This document shows, one piece after another, positions 1 to 9,933 of a stretch of DNA of 64,000 nt (position 1 is its first letter; every line of letters starts with the position of its first letter). The translations under genes were made by a program, and so were the position numbers. Under the pieces are notes generated by a model, which saw only the letters and a list, made by a program, of their open reading frames with translations, had not been told where the DNA came from and did no database searches. Source of the DNA: Fistulifera solaris (taxonomy: Eukaryota); the NCBI GenBank assembly GCA_030295235.1, contig AP026162.1, forward strand, positions 1,364,001-1,428,000, written 5' to 3'.

Positions 1-1002
1 ACGGCGGAAGAATCAGAAACAACCACTGTGGGCTTACGAGTGAAACAAACCGTCGAATCCGTACCGGACTTGGGCGTGTGGAACGTGCGAATTTCAAAAC
101 GATTGAGCGACTCTTTGATGAGCATTCCTTCGAAAAATTGTTCATCCTACTGCTGGAAAGTCGACATGTCGAATGCTTCGTCAGTCGAACCGACGTTGAC
201 ATCGTTGCAAGAGACTCTCGTGCGCTATTTGATTCAAACGTCCGACACGCATGTCCCACCCGAGACGCCCACCGCCACAACTACCTTGTATCAGCTGCGA
301 TCCGTACAGTTCGGCTTAGCAGCAGAAGATAATGATGGCAAGAATGTGTCGGCCGCGCCGGATGAAAACGATCGACATATTAAAGTATCGCTGCAAATTG
401 TTGCCGTGTGGCCAAGCTCGGATCCAAACCTTTCCGATGAGGAATCGTTTCTTCGGCAACAAACGACAGCGTTGTTATATTACCATCTTCGACGTTTCGC
501 TGCAGCTCTAAATGCCACACTGGTATTCGTGGGAAAACAGGAATCCAGTGTACAACTTTGTTTGTCTGTACCACAAGTAGCACGAGTGTTGAAAGCTTGG
601 GCGGAGGGATCCTGTGTCTGGGATTCGAAGGTTTGGACTGAGGTATTGGAAATTGAGACCTCTGAGGAGAAAGAAGACGACAACGCTCTCATTTACGGTC
701 CTGGAATGCATAATACTGAATGGATTGAGAGCGTTCTGCTTCGTAACGCTAGTTATCCCGGCCACTGGGATGCAACCAAGGAGTCTGTGTGGAAGATATT
801 ACCGGCACCTCTCCCAGATGACACTTCTAACAAAAGAGTGGTTACTAAGGGAACAGGTGATGAGAGTTGGCTGCAAGAACTTCGTGATTCCATTGCCTTG
901 CCAGTAGAAGCGGCAGCGACTCCCCGAAAACCAGTGACGACTGCATCTGAAAGCAAGACACCCGATGTATCGGATTACTTCGCGAGCCTATTAAAGACGT
1001 AG
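1..1002 (+). CDS. Cytoplasmic dynein light intermediate chain-like protein (5' end outside window)
   Basis: Frame is open from base 1. 'LLYYHLRRFAAALNATLVFV' resembles the DLIC 'IQxHLRRFCLxYGAxLxY' segment, and the C-terminal 'VSDYFASLLKT' resembles the DLIC terminal helix. Confidence 0.55.
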   Translation, partial: TAEESETTTVGLRVKQTVESVPDLGVWNVRISKRLSDSLMSIPSKNCSSYCWKVDMSNASSVEPTLTSLQETLVRYLIQTSDTHVPPETPTATTTLYQLRSVQFGLAAEDNDGKNVSAAPDENDRHIKVSLQIVAVWPSSDPNLSDEESFLRQQTTALLYYHLRRFAAALNATLVFVGKQESSVQLCLSVPQVARVLKAWAEGSCVWDSKVWTEVLEIETSEEKEDDNALIYGPGMHNTEWIESVLLRNASYPGHWDATKESVWKILPAPLPDDTSNKRVVTKGTGDESWLQELRDSIALPVEAAATPRKPVTTASESKTPDVSDYFASLLKT

Positions 1003-1021
1003 GAAATGAAATAATAGGTTT

Positions 1022-4000
1022 TTAGTAATGAACATACTCCAGCGCTAACCATGTGAGGACTCTGACGAATACCAAGATGCCACCGAGGACTAATCCGTTC
1101 CTTATGATGTTGTCCTCGGAAAATTCACCACCAAAAAAGCTGTCGATATAATCAGAAGTAGATCCAATGCAAACAGCGTTGCTAGCATCGTCGCATATTC
1201 CTTTCGCTACAAGATAGTCGTAGAATTCACTGGTAGTATCGGCCACCACAGTTCCGTCGATCGTTCGATACAATGCCATCACCAAGCCCTCATATACATA
1301 ACGACCCGGCGTTATACTGTACGGCACTTCAAAGAATGTTCCAACCATGAACTGAGGGCGAACGATCAAGCCAGAGAAGAAGTTGTTCAAGCCTATGTAC
1401 ACGCTGGATAATACAAATGCTGTTTGGGGTGACTGTACTAAACAAACAAAAGCTTGTCCAATGTATGAATAGATAGCGAGATTCAATGTAAAGAAACCCT
1501 GAGCAATCGGAATGAGTTAGACTCTTCATATAAAAATCAACAGGACAAAGCATTGACGTACCCAAAACCCAGCGGAGAAAGCGGCGTTGTTTATGTGGGA
1601 TGACGATAAAAAAATAGCTGTGAAGATTGCACCGCCGGCGACAATGAACCATTTTTCTGCCACACCTAGAGCTATCCCGATTGCCTTACTTCCGTACATA
1701 CCCGAATTGGCGTGCCGGCGAAACATCATTTTGATATCTTGCATGACGGGCAATACGGAAACAATTGACATGATACCTGTGATGATAAAGGAAAGAAAGA
1801 TAACGGAGAGCCGAGCTCTCATTTCAATTTCTGTGAACTGGGTACGACGCCAGTTCCACAAGAAGACCGACCCGAGGACAAATGCGATGATAGCGGAGAC
1901 AGATAGACGTGTGAGATTGTATGTTGGAGACCTCCAGTAAATTGTGCGTAGTCGGGCGTTCACTAATTCTTCTCTTTGAACCTGCGAAACCGCATATTCA
2001 GTTTCATATTTAATCTCCATGTTGGGTTCGCGGGCTTTTTTTAAGCGGTCTAGGTCCTGCATCAATTGTGAATAATTGTGGGAATTTCTGTAAACAGCTG
2101 AAAGGTCCCCCATGCTTTCGAGGGATATCACCCGCAACATCCAGTTCGCCGGGTTCTCTCCGACTTCAATTTTTGGAGCGCCAATCGATTCGAAGTAGGA
2201 AATGAGCGACGACGAAGATGCGCCCAGTTCTCCATGATAAATGACTCGTCCGCCTTTTTTAAGAAGAAGAAGATCATCCTATGTGAAGAAAGACAACTTA
2301 TTAGTGCGGAACGGAAGCTAGGAGATAATCAACTGGCTGAATACTTACAAACATCTCGAATACCGTTGAGGAAGGCTGGTGAATCGTTGCGCAAATCGTG
2401 CGGCCGGTATCCGCAATCTTCCTGAGACATTTCATGACTAAGAGAGCGCTTCTAGCATCCAAGCCACTGTAAAAGAAAACAAAGTTAAAAAATTCTAACG
2501 CTATCGACGGTCCCAAGCCGGACGCCTTACCTTGTAGGCTAGCGACGCAGTTCTGTTAGAGAGCGAGGAAGACGGGAACAAAAATCTGTTGGAAAAATAC
2601 ATACCTCATCGAGGAAAAGAATCGACGGTGAAGCCGCAAGCTCTACTGCAATGGAAAGACGCTTCTTCTCTTCAAAACTCAGTCCACCGGTTTCATCCGT
2701 GCCCACCAAAGCGTCAGAGATGCTGCTGAGCTCCATGTCACGCATTATCTTTCTTACATAGTTCTCTGTAACGTGGCTGTCCGTCACGATTGAAGAATCG
2801 AGTCTCAGTCTTGCTGAGAATAAAATAGTCTCCTTAACTGTCAATTGCGGTGATTGTACATCGAATTGTTCAACATATCCAGAACAACGTCGAAAGGAGA
2901 CTGGATCCTGGTTGAACCCATTCAACAATACTTCGCCTTTACAATACCTGTATTTTTACGTAACGCGATGACGTCCTGGTAAACAGATTTATAAGACGAG
3001 CCAACAACGCCATTTGTCGAATTCTAAGGGTCTACTTACCATCAATGTAGTCTTACCCGCACCGGATTCTCCCATCATTGAAAGCAAGCGTCCCGGCTTG
3101 AAGATGCCACTTATGTCATCCAATAACTTCAAAGAAGCGCTTTTCGTGGAAGCCGCAACCTCGTAACTTATGTCATGAAACGATAACGTTACTGGAGTGA
3201 ATGGTATATTTACGTTTCCATCCTGCACCTCTCCTTCGGGCTCCATTTTTGTTGCTGGTGGTCTAGGTGCAGCACCTGCTGATTCACTAGCTCGCGTAGA
3301 AAGTCCAATCCCAGTAAGCACGCAACAAAAGAGGAAGTATGTGATCATGAAGTAAAACCCGAATGCAATCCATTCTGAGCCAAAAGGCTCTCCATTCGGC
3401 GTCGTGAAACCAAGCATCTCAAGAATTGAGTCCGGATCTTCCCATCGCTCACTGCGAAATTCCAAAACCACTAAACTTCTGAACATCCATGCGAATGGGT
3501 TCAGCCAATAAAGGAATGAGTAGTAATCTGGAATTGAGGCCGGCGCCACTATAAAGCCTCCAAATAACATCATCAAAGGATAACGCACGCGCCATACGCT
3601 TGTGCTCCAGAGGCAGTGGCAAAGGATGCGAAAACCGATAGCTGTTGTGCCATCAAAACTGCGAATGTGAACAAGACTGCTAAATAAACGAAGAGGTTTC
3701 CAACATCATTGCGTCCAGCTAGACCAACAGTGTAATATAGAAGAATTCCGAACATTAGAGTATCCACGATAATTTGAGGGATCTGCGACAAAGTGCGGCC
3801 TGCAACGAAAGGCCATACAGAGTAGAAATTGGCGTTACTGTGCTTGTCAAAGATAATTCTGAAAGATAGCGGTGAGCGGTGTGTACCTCCAAGTTGTCAA
3901 ATGGCCAAAACTTCAAAAACTCACCGGTCACTAATTAACCCCATAGAGCTTTGCATTGCCCCTGCAAGAGAGACGTAAGACACAAACCGTCTTCCCGAGG

Positions 4001-5968
4001 AACCGCGAGTATGCCGACTTACCTAACATGACAAATAGTCCAGCTTGGAACATTGCGCCCTGTATTGAGACCGGATCTACCGTGTCGAAGAAAACCCTTC
4101 CTACGCTCACACCTGAGAGGCCAGATGTGAGATATTCATTCGACGCGACGATGTGGTGTAGATTCTGTCAACTTACCCATCAGTATATTCTTAACGGCTC
4201 CCGCCATGATCACATTTTTGTCACGAATCCATAGCTTCAAGAAGCGGCTAACGAGTAATCGCACGGAACGAAAGAAGTTGTTAGCGTAACGTTTTCTTAT
4301 GTAGGGCATCGAAGCTAGCCCTGAGACTTCGGATCCGTGTTGGGATTCGTTTTCCTTCCAAACATATTTCGATGGACTATCTAGCGCTTCCTGGATTCGT
4401 CTACCATATTTGGATTGCCGAAATATTTCCGCCAATTGTGTGAAGGTGGGAGCTTCTGGATAAACACTTCTTATCTCCTCAGGGGGGTCGTAAAGACTTG
4501 CTCCATCTTCGGTAGTTATCATTTGTAGGAAGTCCGTTGTATCAAGATAAGGGGGTGCCCGGTATCCTAGAGAACCAAAATAGTTCTCAACCTCACCAAT
4601 CGGTCCACTGAAAAGAAGCTTACCGTCCGCTAAGAGAATGAGTTCATCAAAAAGTGAGACTGTTTCGGGACTTGGTTGTAGCAAGGAGATAACTCTTGTG
4701 AACTGTCGCACTCTTCCAAAATGCAAGATAGTTTGAATCATATCGAAAGTCGACGCAGCATCCAGTCCAGTTGATATTTCGTCACCACACATAAAAGGCC
4801 TCGTCGACATGAGCATCTCGCCCACAGTCACACGTCTGCGTTGCCCTCCACTAACCCCACGGACATTGTTGTCGCCAACGAAAGTATCTTTCACATGTTT
4901 CAAACCGAGCGCTGTCAATATAACGTCAGTTACCAGTTTGTTGTCGAGAGCACGCTTCTCGGCTACCTTCTCCTCTGGTGTCATGTCATTGTTGTGAATA
5001 AGTCTCCCACCTGATTTACACTGAAAGGCAAAGTCAAATGTTTCTTCTACGGTTAACCGTGGTGCATGTTTATCAAGCTGCGAAACGAAGGCAAACGCAT
5101 TTTCCACCACAAATCCATCCGAATCCTTCACAAGAAAAACGTGAGAGTCGCTTATAATTAAAAACAAAATAATTTCCTCTTAGTTTTGAAGAATGACTTA
5201 CCTTCATTTCCCGACCGTTGTAAGTAACGGCCCCGTTCAAAACCTCCGCTTTTTGAGGGTGCAACAATCCGGCAATACATCGCATGAGGGTCGTCTTTCC
5301 CGACGCGGGAGGCCCCAAAATCAGGTACATTTTTCCTGGCTGAAAATGGAGTGATATATCGTCCAGAACGTTCTTGCTCACCAGGTTACAGGCTTCCGCG
5401 CTCGCACCGGACATTTTGACTTTGTACCACTTGTAAAGTCGATAGAATAGGCTGGTCGAAAAAACCGTCTCGAGTTTGACGTCTTGATTGGTCTGCACCG
5501 TGTAAGTCAAGTTACGGATTCGAACTTCTACGGGAATATTGAGACTGCGCATGCGTTGGAGAATTGGCTTGTACTCTTGCAGTTTGTTCATAATCTCGAG
5601 CAGGGGACCCGACAACGGTTGAATATCGACCGGATGATCAGGTTGTTGGGAGTTTTTCGGCTCATCGTCATCCGAAACGGATTCTTCCACGTCGCTAAAG
5701 CTCATTCCATCGCGATGCGTATTTTCTTTGAGTAAGGCAAAGATCAGACGCCGTTGATTGAACAGAGTTTGCAAATGGTTTTTCCGCGAGGAGGTAGCAT
5801 TGCGCAGCGACGATCGAAAAAGATCCGCATCGGCATCTATCTTGTCAGATTCCTGCTCCATCTTTTTAAAAACAAATGAGCATAAACAAGTAACAATGAT
5901 CAAAGAGCACGTTATAAGTCACTCAAATATTTATTACTTGCTTCGGAGAAAGAGGTTCGCATCATCAT
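1022..5968 (-). CDS. Full-size ABCG/PDR-type ABC transporter (NBD-TMD-NBD-TMD), multi-exon
   Basis: NBD1: [30 protein letters not shown]2: [36 protein letters not shown]. Two TMDs and many GT-AG introns. Start is either ATG 5861 or a short exon from 5968 joined through a GC-AG intron (GAA|GCAAGT). Confidence 0.93.
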
Positions 5969-6010
5969 GAACTTATTTTCAAAAAATCCAACGAATCATC
6001 GCGCAAGAAA

Positions 6011-6265
6011 ACTCCTCCACATTTTGTGGAGACGTGGAAAACGACACCCCCACATTTTCTGGATACGTGAAAATACCACACCACCACATTTTCTGGATAC
6101 GACGTGAAAACAACGCACCCCCACATTTTCTGGGGACGTGGATACACTACACTCCCACTTTTTCTGGAGACGTGAAAATACCGCTCTCCCGCATTTTCTG
6201 GAGACGTGAAAACGCTACACTCCCACATTTTCTGGAAACGTAGAAACACCACTTTTTCGAGACAG
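6011..6265. repeat. Tandem array of about 7.5 copies of a ~33-bp unit (core CCACATTTTCTGGAGACGTGAAAA plus a variable ~10-bp linker)
   Basis: Copies read directly, e.g. cccacattttctggatacgtgaaa, ccacattttctggggacgtggat, cccgcattttctggagacgtgaaa. Lies between divergently transcribed genes. Confidence 0.92.
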
Positions 6266-6390
6266 GATTGTTTGCGGCGAATAGAAGCGTGAACGTGAAG
6301 TGTTATTATTATTGTACATTACATTATTGTCGCGGTCGATCACCGGATTTAATTGAGTCCAACACATCAAAAAAAAAAGATAACGTTATC

Positions 6391-7806
6391 ATGGCTTCGA
6401 CTACTGCCGCTGGCGCGAGTACCCGCCATACAGCAAAGGACCCGTTCGTTGAGTCGATGGCTGTGCTGCGAGAGATTTTGGCCAAGAAGCAACAGCGTCC
6501 GCCAGCTACTTCTCCTCGCAGCGCTTCCGCTTCCGAGGCACAATACGAACTTCAGTTAGCACAAGTTCAGAAGGAACTGGCGGAAGAGCGTGGCAAAGTT
6601 ATCAAGCTACAACAACAAGTCGAAAAGGTCACCGCCGATTTAGAGACAGCGACGGCGCGGCAACACGAAATGCAAATGGAGTTGAACTACGCGCACGAGA
6701 GCACCAACGAAAAGGAGAAACAAATTGCAAATCTACAATCAGAGCTAGACGAAGTCAGAGAGTTGAATTCAAATCTGCAGGAGCAATTCATAAATAGCGA
6801 GCAAGACAGTTCAAGTAAGATCGAGGTATTGAACAAGCGCATTAGCGAATTGGAGCGCGAGAATGGAGTTCTGAAACAGCAGCTTGAAAACATTGAGCAA
6901 GAAAGGGCAAGCAAGATCGAAGCGCTAGAGGAACACATAGTCGAAATGGAGCGGGAAAAGAATGCTTTATCTCAGCAGCTCGTCGAAATGAAGAATGCCC
7001 AAGAGACGGAACACGAAGAGAAAGAGACAATGGAAAGCGAAGCGAAATCAAAGATTCTGACGGAGAACCAAGTCGTTAAACAAACGAACGAGAGTTCGGC
7101 CTTGTTGCTGAGCAACCTTTCTCGTCTAGCAGAAGAATACGATTTGATGCAACCGGAGGAGGGGGGAGAAGAAGAAGGTGTGATTGTGGCGGAAGGGGAG
7201 AAGGCGGCAGATGACAAGGACGAGCAAGAAGAAGGTGGCGATGAAGGCGTAGAAAAAGTTGATGAGGTAGAGGACGATGGCATTTTGGATAATGAGGATC
7301 GAGAAAAGGAAGAGAAAGAATTCGGCAGTAACCCTCAAGACGAGGACGCGGCGGTGCTCACGGCAAACGATTTACAAGGAGAGTACTACACTCAAAGTGA
7401 ACTAGAGACAGAAGTGGAAAAAAGTAAAGCCGAGCAACAGAATGAACTACAAGAAATGGAAACAACTGGGGAAGAAGACGAAGACGAGGAAATGGCGGAA
7501 GTCGCAAGCATGGATTCAGAGATGGAGGATGAAGTTGATGATTTTAGAGACGATGCAGAGAGCAATGGCATCAATCAGGAAAGTGAACAAGGTGAGATGA
7601 ATAGCGAGACAGGTGAGGAGGAGGAGGACGACGATGATGACGATGACGAAGTGGAAATTATAGAGATTCAAGATGATGACTCGTCTTCGAAGCGCAGCAG
7701 AAGTGACGATGAGGCAGATGACGAGGAAGTCGATGATAGTGAAGATGACGAGCGGGATAGAAAAAGGAACAGGCTGGATGACGGGACAGACACAGAAGAG
7801 GTTTAG
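6391..7806 (+). CDS. Hypothetical long coiled-coil protein with a very acidic C-terminal half and basic NLS-like motif
   Basis: Long ORF from ATG 6391 with a heptad-rich E/Q/K/L region, a D/E-rich tail and 'RDRKRNRL'. Confidence 0.75.
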   Translation: MASTTAAGASTRHTAKDPFVESMAVLREILAKKQQRPPATSPRSASASEAQYELQLAQVQKELAEERGKVIKLQQQVEKVTADLETATARQHEMQMELNYAHESTNEKEKQIANLQSELDEVRELNSNLQEQFINSEQDSSSKIEVLNKRISELERENGVLKQQLENIEQERASKIEALEEHIVEMEREKNALSQQLVEMKNAQETEHEEKETMESEAKSKILTENQVVKQTNESSALLLSNLSRLAEEYDLMQPEEGGEEEGVIVAEGEKAADDKDEQEEGGDEGVEKVDEVEDDGILDNEDREKEEKEFGSNPQDEDAAVLTANDLQGEYYTQSELETEVEKSKAEQQNELQEMETTGEEDEDEEMAEVASMDSEMEDEVDDFRDDAESNGINQESEQGEMNSETGEEEEDDDDDDDEVEIIEIQDDDSSSKRSRSDDEADDEEVDDSEDDERDRKRNRLDDGTDTEEV

Positions 7807-7882
7807 TAAAGTAGCTTAAGTAATGATAACTAATACATGGTAAGGTTTAATGGTCTTCTATCAGCTAGATGACTCAAAGTAC

Positions 7883-9016
7883 TCAGTCGTAGCTGATAAA
7901 ATAGCTACCGGTTTCACCAAAGTCGAGGAAGCTTAGGCAATGCCCATCGTCGAGCAACATTTGTATAGATTGATCCATCTCTTCGGATATTCCACCCCAC
8001 CACATCCGTCCATTCTTTGCGCGCAGAAACCATTCACCAGCAGGACCCAAATTAACACATTTCAGGTCAGCTCTCTCCTGCCGATCCTCGAGTTTGAGTT
8101 GGAGCTCCTCCGGAATTCCTCGCCCTTCGTACTTCCAGGACCCATCCTTGAAAACAACGAAAAATGTATCATATGTCGTTCCGAATGCAACGGATGCTGG
8201 CGGTTGCTTCGCCTTCCTGAGCTCTTTTTCCAGTCCCTTGGGTCCCTTGAAGGCAAATGTACCATCATGGAATGACACGAAGAAGCGGTCGCGCGTGGAG
8301 AGTGCAACATAAGAGGGTCGACTCTCTCTGTTCTTTGTTTTTCTTAGCTGTGAAAGCTTGTGATAGAGTGGTCGGGGAATGGAAGGAGTATAAGCGACGC
8401 CACCATTGCCGTAAAGGAACACGGTCCCTTTTCCGTTTGTCGAAACACTTTTTACCAACCGACCCATGGCCGAAATATCCCGTAAGCACTGATCCACATG
8501 CTTCATTGGCTCTGCGGGTAGACTAAATTGAAACTCCATCCCTTCCGCACCGTTATTCGCATTATTTTTCGAAGGTTCGATCGGTTGCAAGTGTTGCACG
8601 TGATCTTTCAGTTTGTCTCGTTCCCCTTCCAGGATGGCAATGCCGACATCCATCAGCTCCAAATTTGACTGCAACGTTTTCACCCGCTGAATGTTTTCAT
8701 TCTCGTTCTCTTGATCACCGTCGGGTTGAATGACCAAAGAGCTATCGATCGATGTCAGTTGCGGCGGATTGCGTAGAAATCGTTCTACAACATCCAGTTG
8801 CGATATGTTTCGCCGAAAAATGTGCCGTATCGTGGGCTTGGTCTCCCAGGGTGCAATTCTCCCTATCGAAATAGTTCCGGTTTCACAATAAATGGTGACG
8901 CGGGCTTCTTGATTGACGAGAAAACTGACAATCTCTGGTTCACCGCGCACAGGAATTTCGACACAATTGGGCATGTCGTTGCCGCGGCGTCTCACGGCCT
9001 CTGGGTTCAGTTTCAT
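7883..9016 (-). CDS. Uncharacterised protein with C-terminal beta-repeats (VxLGxxGxWF-type)
   Basis: 377-aa intact ORF. Repeated motifs: VALSTRDRFFVSF, VAFGTTYDTFFVVF, VNLGPAGEWFLR, LDFGETGSYFI. Confidence 0.75.
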   Translation of the reverse strand: MKLNPEAVRRRGNDMPNCVEIPVRGEPEIVSFLVNQEARVTIYCETGTISIGRIAPWETKPTIRHIFRRNISQLDVVERFLRNPPQLTSIDSSLVIQPDGDQENENENIQRVKTLQSNLELMDVGIAILEGERDKLKDHVQHLQPIEPSKNNANNGAEGMEFQFSLPAEPMKHVDQCLRDISAMGRLVKSVSTNGKGTVFLYGNGGVAYTPSIPRPLYHKLSQLRKTKNRESRPSYVALSTRDRFFVSFHDGTFAFKGPKGLEKELRKAKQPPASVAFGTTYDTFFVVFKDGSWKYEGRGIPEELQLKLEDRQERADLKCVNLGPAGEWFLRAKNGRMWWGGISEEMDQSIQMLLDDGHCLSFLDFGETGSYFISYD

Positions 9017-9502
9017 GAGAGTCTTCTTCTGTGATTAATCAGTGCGCAAATGATGCTATTCTATGTTATATGCGCTCAGCTTTTTTTAGTTGTATGCAGG
9101 TATATCATCATTGTCATTGACCATTATACTACAGTACGTACGGTATGTCGTTCTTCGCGTCACAGCCGCGTCATAAATCCTGTGCACTCTACTACGTAAG
9201 AGTAAGAGTAACTATGAAGATCCGAAAAAACGACTATAGCTTCGATTGTGGAAGATCGGCATTCAGATGCCGTAAACTAACATTGGAGATCATAGTATAT
9301 ATGGAGTATAATTCTTATATGTAGAATCGGCACTCGAATACGGTTTTTGTGGACGACGAGACGTGAATAATACTTGTATTCGAAAATGAGGCATCGCCTT
9401 CGATGGTGTTGCAAGTACTGTATGTAGCGTGTTATTTCCTTGGCAAGTACGGATTGTTTCATTTGCTCTCTTCTGCTTATAAATTAGATAGCTTTCTGAA
9501 AC

Positions 9503-9841
9503 ATGGAGGAACCTCTGGATCTAATTCGGTTATCGATTGATGAGCGCGTCTATGTCAAATGCCGCGGCGACCGTGAATTAAAAGGCAAATTACATGTGAG
9601 TATTATTTGAACCTTTCTGGTGATTGCTTTTGCGATGACTCATGTTTTGCTGCTACGAACAGGCCTACGACCAGCATCTGAATATGGTGCTCGGAGATGT
9701 CGAAGAGACTGTTACTTCTACGGAAGTGGATCCGGAAACCGATGAAGAAATTGTCAAAAACACACTCGAAAAGTTGGAATGCTCTTTGTCCGAGGTGATA
9801 TTATAGTACTTGTGAGCCCTCCATTGCGCACAGGGGGATAA
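9503..9841 (+). CDS. LSM3: U6 snRNA-associated Sm-like protein LSm3 (2 exons; absent from the ORF track)
   Basis: Exon 1 9503-9595 reads [31 protein letters not shown]. Intron 9596-9662 is GT..AG. Exon 2 reads [16 protein letters not shown]...[20 protein letters not shown], with one A missing in the run at about 9756-9760. Confidence 0.93.
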
Positions 9842-9933
9842 TCTTATCCGCTGATATGTAACAAGAGGAGAAAGTAATTTTGAATTAGATCATTTCATTC
9901 ACTATTCTATGCTGGAATGAGGATTTATCATTT

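Noticed and set aside
6011..6265. Mini-CRISPR array
   Set aside because: The linkers are only about 10 bp and similar to one another.
6687..7574. Ser-rich antisense ORFs (also 35711-36040 and 30697-31596)
   Set aside because: They are shadows of acidic GAA/GAT-rich coding sequence on the opposite strand.
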